The position numbers and the translations under genes are program-made. A DNA stretch of 64,000 nucleotides from positions 64 to 64,063 of the forward strand of contig JABIDK010000005.1 of the NCBI GenBank assembly GCA_018651725.1, written 5' to 3'. How positions within the stretch are numbered: position 1 is the first letter of the stretch; each line of letters starts with the position of its first letter. This DNA comes from Candidatus Falkowbacteria bacterium (GTDB lineage: Bacteria > Patescibacteriota > Patescibacteriia > JAACEG01). Below the pieces are notes generated by a model that saw only the letters and a program-made list of their open reading frames with translations, searched no databases and was not told where the DNA came from. Positions 1 to 10,153 of this stretch are shown here, in pieces.

Positions 1-927
<927 letters not shown>

Positions 928-1197
928 TAGGGAGAATATGTTGGTAAAATTATTTTATATAATTTATGCCAACCACTTCAGGTCGCCCCGCTTTAGGCGG
1001 GGAAAACAGTTTAAGGCATGTCTTTGGAGAAAAGGCAAAACATTTTAAAAGAATATTAATCTACTTATTGCTATTTAGTTGTCAAAGCATTAAACCCCGC
1101 ACTCTAGGCGGGGTTTATAGTTTGTACTTGCTTTTTAAAAAGAATTTGGTAAAATTGTATTTAGTTCGTAGTTTGTTAAAATGATTATATGATTTCC

Positions 1198-1274
<77 letters not shown>

Positions 1275-1338
1275 ATAGGCTTGTTACATAATAAGCTATT
1301 AATAAAAAAACGCACCCTACAATACAAAGGAGGATAAA

Positions 1339-1740
1339 ATGAAATGTTTAAACAGAATAAAAAGACACCTATTGTACCTCTTGGGAATTTCGTTTGAGGT
1401 GCAGGACTTTAACAGTAAAAGGAAAAATTTACTACAGGATCGCAGGATAAGCAAACATCAAAATGCCGATAAATTGCACGAATTAACAGTTGATTTTTTG
1501 ATAGAATACAAACATAAGCCACTCTTTTTCTTTAACGGTGCTGATATGATTAGCGTTTTTCTTTTCAAAATATGGGAAGGATTTGGTACTTATTATTCTA
1601 CGGATGATTTTTTTAGAAATTTAACTGTGGTTGATTTGTTTACCGCGGATAATTTTTACAGGTCTTGTAGTCATTGGCCAACATCCCTTGATAAGGAAAA
1701 AGAGTTGTTTAAAAAGGTTACAAAAAAATTAAACAATTAG
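1339..1740 (+). CDS. hypothetical protein
   Basis: 133-aa ORF with strong SD AAAGGAGG; no recognisable motif. Confidence 0.6.
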   Translation: MKCLNRIKRHLLYLLGISFEVQDFNSKRKNLLQDRRISKHQNADKLHELTVDFLIEYKHKPLFFFNGADMISVFLFKIWEGFGTYYSTDDFFRNLTVVDLFTADNFYRSCSHWPTSLDKEKELFKKVTKKLNN

Positions 1741-1767
1741 CAGGAGGTAAAATGTCAAGGAAAGTTT

Positions 1768-1799
1768 AAGGTTGTTGATTGCGGTCAGCAACCTTTTTT
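1768..1799 (+). terminator. intrinsic terminator
   Basis: AAGGTTGTTGA-ttgcgg-TCAGCAACCTT followed by T-run. Confidence 0.7.
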
Positions 1800-1842
1800 A
1801 TTTTTTAAAAGTTTGTTATTATTAAACTAGTAAAAAAATAAT

Positions 1843-3012
1843 ATGCCTGAAAATATTGAAAATCAAGGATTTCAACCAGATCAAACAGAGTTGAATCAAA
1901 ACGAACAAAAGGCCCGATTGATTGCTCAAGAGGGTGATTTTGATATGATTGAGAAACAGTTAAAAGAAGAAAATCTTTTTGAAGGTGAGATCGATCGTGT
2001 TAAGAAGAAATTTGAAAACGATATCGATCTTACTGATTTTCCAACAGTGAGTAAATCCGTTTGGGAGCTTTTGACAATTGAAGATTTGTATGACGAGGAA
2101 ACTGTTCAGCACTGCGTTGAAACATATAAGCTCGCAAAGGAAAAAATACAAAAGGTTTTATCGGGAAATGTAGTTCTCTCTCTTTTGATTAAAAGTGAGG
2201 GGGTTGAAATCGAAAGATTTTATTTTGCTTGCCTTACACACGATATTGGAAAAGTTGAGGTCCCTGGTTTTATCATCAGAAATAAAACAACAAAAAAAGA
2301 GTGGCAGGAAATTTTAGAGGAAATTATAGACAAAAAAGAATTTACCCCGGAGATGCTTGAGGTCTTAGATATTAACAAAAATACTTCTCCAACAAAACAA
2401 GAAGTATTAAAGAAAATCAGCGAAAAAGATTTACACGCAGAGGAGCTTGTTCCTGTTGGTAAAGCTCTTACCGACGAAGAAATAGGAGAACTTGAAAACA
2501 AATGGCACATATTTTCAAATCAATCGCTCATGAGTATTATTAATAAACATGCCGATATATCAAAAATAATACTTGAGAAAAAGGGGTTTCCAAAAGCTGC
2601 AAGTATTGCCGCGCAACATCATCATAGAAAAGACGAAGATCTCTACCCTGTTTCTGTGGATTCACTTCAGGTTAGTTCTGATATGGCTGATATTCTTCAT
2701 TTGGCTGATGTTGAGCAAGCATTGGCCAGTTCCCGATCGTACAAAAAACAATTTACTCCTCTTGAAGTTGTCAAAATTTTAGTTGACCATGCTAGTAGAG
2801 ATCAGATTGGGAAAGAAGTGGCTTATCTTTGGATTAAAGATGAGCGAGAAAAAATGGAGAAAAGAGGTGATTTTAAGGAATTAGACTTTAAACAGAGTGG
2901 TTCTCTTGAAAAAATTGATAATTTTATTTCTCAGTTTGAGATCGGAGACCACAAAGATGACCTTGAAAATTGGATCGCAAAACATAAAGCAAAGCTTGAG
3001 AATGCCGCATAG
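1843..3012 (+). CDS. HD-domain phosphohydrolase, HD-GYP-like
   Basis: H(C)...LTHDIGK...KH...AQHHHR...ADVEQALASSRSYK follows the HD-GYP/RpfG motif order. The GYP loop is degenerate (DLYP). Confidence 0.8.
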   Translation: MPENIENQGFQPDQTELNQNEQKARLIAQEGDFDMIEKQLKEENLFEGEIDRVKKKFENDIDLTDFPTVSKSVWELLTIEDLYDEETVQHCVETYKLAKEKIQKVLSGNVVLSLLIKSEGVEIERFYFACLTHDIGKVEVPGFIIRNKTTKKEWQEILEEIIDKKEFTPEMLEVLDINKNTSPTKQEVLKKISEKDLHAEELVPVGKALTDEEIGELENKWHIFSNQSLMSIINKHADISKIILEKKGFPKAASIAAQHHHRKDEDLYPVSVDSLQVSSDMADILHLADVEQALASSRSYKKQFTPLEVVKILVDHASRDQIGKEVAYLWIKDEREKMEKRGDFKELDFKQSGSLEKIDNFISQFEIGDHKDDLENWIAKHKAKLENAA

Positions 3013-3048
3013 ATATTATACTTAAAATTTTCAAAATATAATTTTTTT

Positions 3049-3306
3049 ATGACTTTACTCGGACGAATAATTTTAGGTTTAATTGGAGCTGGGATTGGTT
3101 TTGTTTTAGTTCGATATGCTAATTGGTTTTATGCTAATTTTGGCTCAATGAACTTTGCGGAAAAATATTTTCGTATTTTTGGCGGCACCCGCTTGTTCGT
3201 AAGATTTATCGGAGTAATTATAATATTTTTATCATTCCTTTTAATAACAGGCTTATTGGGAGGTTTCACCAAAGTTGTGCTATCGCCGTTTTTAGGTGGT
3301 AGGTAG
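3049..3306 (+). CDS. small membrane protein
   Basis: 85 aa, two hydrophobic segments, Gly-rich. Confidence 0.75.
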   Translation: MTLLGRIILGLIGAGIGFVLVRYANWFYANFGSMNFAEKYFRIFGGTRLFVRFIGVIIIFLSFLLITGLLGGFTKVVLSPFLGGR

Positions 3307-3353
3307 ATTTAATAAAAAAATATCCATTAAGTTTAGTGGATATTTTCTATTTG

Positions 3354-3427
3354 TGGGTCTGAGCAGATTCGAACTGCTGACCTCTACGATGTCAACGTAG
3401 CGCTCTAACCAGCTGAGCTACAGACCC
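3354..3427 (-). tRNA. tRNA-Val(GAC)
   Basis: Reverse complement GGGTCTG...CAGACCCA; anticodon arm CTACG-TTGACAT-CGTAG; CCA not encoded. Confidence 0.95.
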
Positions 3428-3437
3428 TATTTTGTTG

Positions 3438-3510
3438 TGCTCCCAGGTGGATTTGAACCGCCGACCCCCACGTTATAAGCGTGGTGCTCTAACCCCTGAG
3501 CTATGGGAGC
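3438..3510 (-). tRNA. tRNA-Ile(TAT)
   Basis: Reverse complement GCTCCCA...TGGGAGCA; anticodon arm CCACG-CTTATAA-CGTGG gives anticodon UAU. Confidence 0.92.
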
Positions 3511-3575
3511 ATTTTTTAAAACTCGCTAAAGCGAGTTTTTTTGATCTTTATATATTCGATTATAACATACGAAAT

Positions 3576-4712
3576 TTATTCGGCAATAGCGTTTTTTAGA
3601 ATTTCTGTGATTTCTTTTTCCGAATCAATCAGTCCTTTGTCAGGAATAGAAACTGTTGCCATTAGGTTGTCTCCGACTGGATTGTATTTTGATAAAACAG
3701 ACATTAAATCCACTTTGTTTTTGTTTTTAATGATCACCTTAACTTCTTTGTCTTTTTCTTGATAAAATAAAGCCACTAATTTAATCTTTGGCATATTAAT
3801 AATCAGCTCGTCGATAACACCAACCAAATGATTTTTGCTAGTGTTTGTTTTTGCAAAATCTTCACTGGTAACCAGGGACCAAACCAACTCTTTATTTTCA
3901 TTTTCTTTAAGACGAGCCAAAACTCGTCCCCATAGTTTTAAATTATCAACTGAATAAATTTGGTATAAATTTTTAATTATATGTTCTCGATCTGCGCCTA
4001 AGTCTATAAGACTCGCCACATCGGTTAAAGTTTTAGGCGTAACAGCAAGCGACTTAAAGCTGTTGGTACAATCAATTATTCCGGTTAAAAGTGACTCAGC
4101 TTGTTTTTCGTTTAATGTAGTCGGTGAATTTATTTCTTTAAGAAGAGAGAAAACAATTTCCGAAGTTGAGCTGGCTGTTAAATTAACCAAATTAATTTGA
4201 CCGAAACTTTCATTTCCGGGGTGATGATCAATATTAACAATGGGAGTGTTATAGAAAAAATTAGCGTTGTCTTCAAAAATCTTTCCCAAAGATTCCAAAT
4301 CCTGAGAATCTAGAACAAATATTAAATCGTATTTTATTAAAGAGCTTGAAACCTTCACATCATTTTTTTCAAAGTAACCGGTTTTTGGCTCAATTATAAT
4401 ATCGATAGAGTTTTCTTTCTGCTCATAACGCAACGAGTCTAAGTCGGTTTTGGAGGTGTTTAAATTTATTGTAAAAGTTTTTTCTTTTTTAATATTTGAG
4501 TTTATCTTTTCTATATTATCTAAAAATTGAAACTTATCTTCAGCCTGAAAATTATCACAAACCATATCTATATTTTTATCCATAGTTTTTAAAAATAAAT
4601 ACAAAGATAAGGCTGAGCCAATAGAGTCGCCGTTATAGTTTTTGCGAAAAGCAATCAAAATATTATTACTCTTCTTAATCGCAGAGAGTATTTGTTCATT
4701 AATTTCTAACAT
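3576..4712 (-). CDS. DHH family phosphoesterase (NrnA-like, with internal insertion)
   Basis: GDSIGS, FVLDS, NIDHHPGN, ASSTSE, GIIDCT motifs; first metal motif degenerate. Confidence 0.85.
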   Translation of the reverse strand: MLEINEQILSAIKKSNNILIAFRKNYNGDSIGSALSLYLFLKTMDKNIDMVCDNFQAEDKFQFLDNIEKINSNIKKEKTFTINLNTSKTDLDSLRYEQKENSIDIIIEPKTGYFEKNDVKVSSSLIKYDLIFVLDSQDLESLGKIFEDNANFFYNTPIVNIDHHPGNESFGQINLVNLTASSTSEIVFSLLKEINSPTTLNEKQAESLLTGIIDCTNSFKSLAVTPKTLTDVASLIDLGADREHIIKNLYQIYSVDNLKLWGRVLARLKENENKELVWSLVTSEDFAKTNTSKNHLVGVIDELIINMPKIKLVALFYQEKDKEVKVIIKNKNKVDLMSVLSKYNPVGDNLMATVSIPDKGLIDSEKEITEILKNAIAE

Positions 4713-4782
4713 AGATTATATCATCATATACAATTTAAGATAAAAGTCAAGAGATCGCGGATTTGCTTTTTGTATGTTATTT

Positions 4783-4819
4783 TGCTTAAATGTTTATATG
4801 CTTAAATGTTTAAATGATA
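4783..4819. repeat. degenerate 8-nt tandem repeat (TGYTTAWA x4)
   Basis: tgcttaaa tgtttata tgcttaaa tgtttaaa directly upstream of holA. Confidence 0.7.
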
Positions 4820-4823
4820 AAGT

Positions 4824-5795
4824 ATGATTATTTTTCTTTATGGAGAAGATACCTTTCGCTCCAAACAAAAATTAAAGGAATTTAAAGGTAAGTTTACTCG
4901 GGATATAGACAAGTCCGAGTTGAATATCGCTACAATAAATGGCGAGCGTTTGGACGTGGAAAAATTTAAGCAGGCAATATTGACCGGCGGTTTTTTGGTT
5001 AAAAAAAGAATGGTTATTATAGAAAATTTGATTAGTAAAAATAAAGGAAAGAAAGTACTAGATGAAATAGTGGATTTAATAAAAGATAAAAATATAAATA
5101 CCGTTAATAATATTATTATTTTTTGGGAAGAAATTGGTTCAAAATCCAAAAAAGGTTGGCAAGGAAAAGTTTTGTCAGGAACACTTTTTAATTATTTGAA
5201 AACAGGAAAATACGTGTTTGAATTTTTATTACTTAATAACCCCAAGTTGGCAGAGTGGGTAAAAAGCCAATTTAAAAATAAAGACAAAGAGATTGATCCG
5301 CAAGCTGTAAATTTGCTTGTAAACTTAGTTGGCGATAACTTATGGAAAATGAACAATGAAATTAACAAATTAGCATCATATCAAGATAATATCATCAGCG
5401 TGCAGGATGTGAAAAAAATCGTTAGTGAAACATTTCAAGAAAATATCTTTGGGTTAGTTGACGCTATTGCTGAGAAAAACAAAAAGCTTTTTTTAGAACT
5501 GTTAAATAGTCATTTAAAAGAAGGAGTGGAAATAACTTATCTTTTAGCAATGCTTATTCGCCAATTTCGTTTGTTGCTTAGCGCTAAAAGTATGCTTCAG
5601 GGAAACCCCTATGCAAATTTATCAACAGAGCTGAAAGTTCCTATTTTTGTAGAGAGAAAAATAAAAAACCAATCTGCAAAATACACTCTAACTGAACTAA
5701 AAAATATCTACAAAAAACTTCTTCAAATCGATATAAAAATAAAACAGGGTTACTTTAACCCTGAGTTATTGTTTTTATATTTAGTTAAAAGCTAA
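4824..5795 (+). CDS. holA: DNA polymerase III delta subunit
   Basis: MIIFLYGED N-terminus, NEINKL, IFGLVDAI, LIRQFRLL, DIKIKQG; adjacent to rpsT as usual. Confidence 0.93.
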   Translation: MIIFLYGEDTFRSKQKLKEFKGKFTRDIDKSELNIATINGERLDVEKFKQAILTGGFLVKKRMVIIENLISKNKGKKVLDEIVDLIKDKNINTVNNIIIFWEEIGSKSKKGWQGKVLSGTLFNYLKTGKYVFEFLLLNNPKLAEWVKSQFKNKDKEIDPQAVNLLVNLVGDNLWKMNNEINKLASYQDNIISVQDVKKIVSETFQENIFGLVDAIAEKNKKLFLELLNSHLKEGVEITYLLAMLIRQFRLLLSAKSMLQGNPYANLSTELKVPIFVERKIKNQSAKYTLTELKNIYKKLLQIDIKIKQGYFNPELLFLYLVKS

Positions 5796-5799
5796 AAGT

Positions 5800-6063
5800 T
5801 TATTTAACCCCTTTATTCATCTTCTTCATTAATCGAGATTTTTTTCTAGAGGCGGTATTTTTTTTGACAATACCTTTTTGCACGGCTTTATCAAGCTTTT
5901 TGATAGTTTGTTTTACTAGCTTTTCAGTTTCTTTTGTTTTAGCTTCAATTGCTTTTCGACTCTTCTTCAAAAGAGTCTTAGCTTCTGTTTTAACCAGTTT
6001 ATTACGCAAAGCCCTTTTTTTACTTTGCCGCAAAGATTTTTTAGCTGATGTTGTTGTTGGCAT
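5800..6063 (-). CDS. rpsT: 30S ribosomal protein S20
   Basis: SAKKSLRQS...DKAVQKGIVKKNTASRKKSRL. Confidence 0.97.
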   Translation of the reverse strand: MPTTTSAKKSLRQSKKRALRNKLVKTEAKTLLKKSRKAIEAKTKETEKLVKQTIKKLDKAVQKGIVKKNTASRKKSRLMKKMNKGVK

Positions 6064-6230
6064 ATTTTATTAGCTTTAATAGCTTATTTTTAAAAAATAA
6101 AAAAGGTAAAAATGGGACTTAATTACCTTGGTTATTATTAAACCATATTTTTAAAATATGTCAACCAAAAAATTCAAAAATTATAGACTTTTATTTTTTT
6201 TATGCTATAATAATATTAATTAAAAATTCC

Positions 6231-7269
6231 GAGTTAATAGAATAAATTGTGGGGCTAAAAACATTGTTTTATAGCATAATATAGATAAAAACTTAACTTA
6301 AATTATTATGCCAAATAAAAAAATGCCCTAAATGCCTAAAAACAAGGGTAAAAAAGAATGGAAAAAGAAGTGGAATTCAAACTTACAAATGTTTAAAATG
6401 TGGTTGTAAATTTCAAAACAAAAGAAGAAAAAACAATCTAAAAAAAGAATTGCTTAATCAATATATTTGGCAAAGACAAACTTACTCTGATCTTGCTAAA
6501 AAATATAATAAAAGTAAAAAATGGGTACAGCTAAAATTAGATGAAACAAAAGTTAAAAGTATTGTTAAATTAAAGCCTTGTTCGTTAACAGTTGTCGCAG
6601 ACACTACTTTCTTTTCAAGGCAAAGTGGCTTAACGGTTTTCAGAGAGCCAAACATAAAAAAGAATATTTGGTGGATTCCTGTAAGGTATGAAAAAGTGGA
6701 CATCTATAGATTAGGAAGAAAACATTTAGAACAAAATGGATTCACTGTCAAGGCTATCGTTTTAGACGGAAAAAGAGGCGTTAGACAAGCTTTTAGCGAT
6801 ATTCCCACTCAAATGTGCCACTTCCATCAAAAACAAATAATCAAAAGATATTTAACCAATAATCCAAAGCTAGAAGCCAGTAAAGAATTAAAAGAGATAG
6901 TCAGTACTTTGGCGAATACAAATGAAAAAGAATTTAAGAAACAATTGAATAATTGGTACGAAGAATGGAAAGATTTTCTAAAAGAAAAAACCATTAACCC
7001 TGAAACAGGGAAATGGTTTTATACTCACAAAAGAGTAAGATCAGCCTATCGAAGTTTAAAAACCAATTTACCGTATTTATTTACTTATCAAAAATATCCA
7101 AAGTTTAAAATACCAAATACCACTAATTCTTTAGACGGATATTTCAATATTTTAAAAAGTTTAATTAACGTTCACAGAGGGCTAAATTCAAAGAGAAGAA
7201 TGAGAATTGTAACTGAAATATTAAAAGGGAGAAATTAATTTTTAGCCCCACAATTTATTCTATTAAGCC
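6231..7269 (+). mobile_element. IS element, IS256-like (Zn-ribbon variant)
   Basis: 28-bp perfect terminal inverted repeat TTAATAGAATAAATTGTGGGGCTAAAAA (6234-6261 and 7239-7266) enclosing a DDE transposase; no target duplication visible. Confidence 0.9.
6308..7238 (+). CDS. DDE transposase (Mutator/IS256-type) with N-terminal Zn ribbon; needs a frameshift at an A7 run
   Basis: ATG at 6308 is out of frame. The 6450 frame extends up to CPKC...YKCLKCG at 6324. Motifs VADTTF, IVLDG, QMCHFH, PNTTNSLDG. Confidence 0.85.
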
Positions 7270-8164
7270 TAAATTTTATAAACCATTATATGATGATTCT
7301 TATTTATTTCCTCAGGGACATACAGATGATTATAGTGAAAAAGAAACCCTAGTTAATCCTACAGAATTAAATAGCGATTATTTTTATTTGGGCGATGTTT
7401 TAAGAGATGATAAGGACAAGGCCGTTGATATTAATTATGGTTTATATAAGGAAAATATAAAAAGGGAAATTGATAAAGGAAAAGATATTTATTTTTTAGA
7501 CATAAGAGAAAAAGAAGAATTTGAGGTTGGTCATATAATTGGTTCAGAGCATAAAAAGTATGCAGATATTGAAGAAGTTGATGATTTTAGAGAAATATTT
7601 TCCTTGAATGACGATAGTTTTTTAAAATCACTTATTATTGTTTATTGTCATGATGGTAATCGGGGATTAGCTTTATCTAGAAAATTCTCAATGGAAAATA
7701 TAAAATATTTAATAGGCGGAGTAGAGGCATTGTATAATTATAATGGTATACAATATACAGGGTCTCCATTGTCTGATGCTGCTATTTTTGATAAAAAATA
7801 TCAATATAAATTTCAAGCATTAGCAAAAGAAACTTTTCAGGCAATAAAAGAAAATGAGGCATTTATTATCGACATGAGATATCCCCCTAATTATCATGAA
7901 AAGCATATTAAGGGCAGTATTTCCTTAAAGTTAAATCTGTTATCAACAGAAGAGTATAATAAAATGCTACCTATAATTATAAAAAATAAAAAAATTATAA
8001 TTATAGCTAAGAAATACAGTGAACTTTTTTACGCTAATCTTTTAATTTTAAGACTTGAGCGTGATTATGGTTTTAAAGATAATCAATTTTATATAATTTT
8101 TAATCAATTTGAAGAGTTTGGAAAAGACTCTAAAATTGAATTTGAAGGATCTTTGGTTAAGTAA
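7270..8164 (+). pseudogene. tandem rhodanese-domain protein, probably 5'-truncated by the IS
   Basis: LDIREKEEFEVGHIIGS...VYCHDGNRG and IDMRYPPNYHEKHIKGS. The frame stays open ~40 codons upstream of TTG 7388, back to the IS end, with no ATG start. Confidence 0.7.
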
Positions 8165-8174
8165 AATTTTTAGT

Positions 8175-10037
8175 ATGAAAAAATTGCCAGCAAAAATTAA
8201 AAATCTTTATTTATTGCAAGAGCTTGATGTTCAAGTTCCTTTTTTTATTGTTGTTGATTCGGTTGATTATAAAAGTATCACTCAAAAAATAGAAAAAATT
8301 AAAGAGATTTTTAAAAATAAGAAAGTTAAAAGTGTTATTATAAGAAGCGCTAGTTTTAATGAGGATTTAGACGATAAATCAATGGCCGGATTTTTTGAGA
8401 GTTCAAAAGAGATTTTATTGAACGATTTAGATGTAGAAAAAATTAAATATTTTTGGAATAAAAATAAGAAAAAAGCAGAAGAAAATAAATTAGGAGATTT
8501 TTTTATTTTTATTCAGGAGTTTTTTAGATCTGATTATTCTGGGGTTTTATTTACAGAAGATCCTTATGATGAGAATGGGTCAATAATCATTTTATCATCC
8601 TCTGATCACGCAATCACAGACGGATTATCTGCAGATAAGAAAATTATATATAATAAAAAAGAAGATAATTGGGATGAGGGAGAATTTTTAGGTAAAGAAG
8701 TGTTAAGTGAATTAAAAAAAGTAATTTTGAAAAGTAAAAAAAGTTTTAACAATGGAGCTGATATTGAATTTGGGATTAAAAATAAAAAAATAAAATTTTA
8801 CCAAATAAGACCAATTACTAGAAACAAAGATGAAAAACTTTTGTTAAAAGAAAAGAAAAGATTAAAAAATAAATTTGGCACAGAATTTGAAGAGCAGACT
8901 CTTGGGAAAAATGGATTTGTTGAAGCTTTGGGCGATTTAACTCCTTTGTCTCTTAGTTTCTATAATTATTTATTAAATTCTATTGAGTTAAAAAAGTTGT
9001 TAAAAGAAGCAAGAGCTATTGATGAAATTTCGGATAAAAATTTCTCTCTATTGGAAAATGTTGGTGGACGAACTTATTTTAATTTTTCACAAGAAAAGAA
9101 TATTTTTTTAAGAAAAGATAATTGGTGGAATAATTTTAAGAGAACAGTGTTGTTTTTATCTCAGGAAAAAATAATGAAAAAAAAGTGCTTAGAGGAGATG
9201 AAGGAAAAAAGCAATTTAGAAGAGATCTTTGCTTGGTTTTTTATTTCCGGTATTTATTTGCAGTTTTTTTTAGAACAGGAAAAGAGAAAGTATAAAAAAG
9301 ATAAGTTTATTGAAAGATTAAAAAATACCGAAAGAATTTGTGGCGCTAAAGAGCCAAGACCAAAGAGCTTAAATGATGATGACCTAGCTGAATTTGTAAA
9401 AGAATATTATTACTTGGCTAATTTTCCTTATGAATTTTCTAGTAAAAGACTGATTGATATTGATTTAAATGAATTAAAAGAAAAATATAGTCATTTTAGA
9501 AAAACAAAAAAAAATGAAAAAGATAAAAAATATTTAAATAAAAAAATACAATTTTGGCTAAGAAATAAAGTTTTATGGAAAAATAATTTTCTCAAGCTCC
9601 TTATTAAACATAAAAATTATTTAGTTGAAAAATATGGCGAGGAAATTTTTCAGGCTAAAAATTGGAAAGAGATAATTAAGGGGAAAGAGCCTCAGCTGGT
9701 AAAGCTGGAGAAAGAAAAGATAAGCAATAATTATTTAGAGGTATCAGGAGAAAACTATCCTTTCGCTAAAACTGATAAAAAAAGAGAAGATGTGGTTGTG
9801 GTCCCAGGTATTACGGATTTTAATAATTTAACTTATTTTATTGAAGGAGATAATATAGAAAAATATTTTGGAAAATATTTAGCAGTTAATATTTTTTCGT
9901 CTGATTGGATACCCTATATCTCGGAGTTTAAAGGAATAGTTCTAAAAGAGGGAAATGAGCTATCTCATATGGCGATAACATGTAGAGAGTATAATATTCC
10001 TTGTATAATCAAATCGGATATATTTAAGAAAAATTAA
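8175..10037 (+). CDS. PEP-utilising dikinase-family protein (ATP-grasp N-terminus, C-terminal phospho-His swivel domain)
   Basis: IIRSAS.NED...SMAGFFES, SGVLFT, DIEFG...FYQIRPIT; C-terminal LSHMAITCREYNIP. Confidence 0.85.
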   Translation: MKKLPAKIKNLYLLQELDVQVPFFIVVDSVDYKSITQKIEKIKEIFKNKKVKSVIIRSASFNEDLDDKSMAGFFESSKEILLNDLDVEKIKYFWNKNKKKAEENKLGDFFIFIQEFFRSDYSGVLFTEDPYDENGSIIILSSSDHAITDGLSADKKIIYNKKEDNWDEGEFLGKEVLSELKKVILKSKKSFNNGADIEFGIKNKKIKFYQIRPITRNKDEKLLLKEKKRLKNKFGTEFEEQTLGKNGFVEALGDLTPLSLSFYNYLLNSIELKKLLKEARAIDEISDKNFSLLENVGGRTYFNFSQEKNIFLRKDNWWNNFKRTVLFLSQEKIMKKKCLEEMKEKSNLEEIFAWFFISGIYLQFFLEQEKRKYKKDKFIERLKNTERICGAKEPRPKSLNDDDLAEFVKEYYYLANFPYEFSSKRLIDIDLNELKEKYSHFRKTKKNEKDKKYLNKKIQFWLRNKVLWKNNFLKLLIKHKNYLVEKYGEEIFQAKNWKEIIKGKEPQLVKLEKEKISNNYLEVSGENYPFAKTDKKREDVVVVPGITDFNNLTYFIEGDNIEKYFGKYLAVNIFSSDWIPYISEFKGIVLKEGNELSHMAITCREYNIPCIIKSDIFKKN

Positions 10038-10153
10038 AAGATATTTCTCGTCTCCATTGACTAATTAAGCCAATTGTAGTAAGCTAAAGTAATTAAGAAA
10101 ACAAAAAAATATTTTGTTATTTTTTGATTTTAATAATTTTTAATTTTTATTTT

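Noticed and set aside
6221-7280. Target-site duplication for the IS
   Set aside because: Left and right flanks do not match at any 4-10-bp register I checked.
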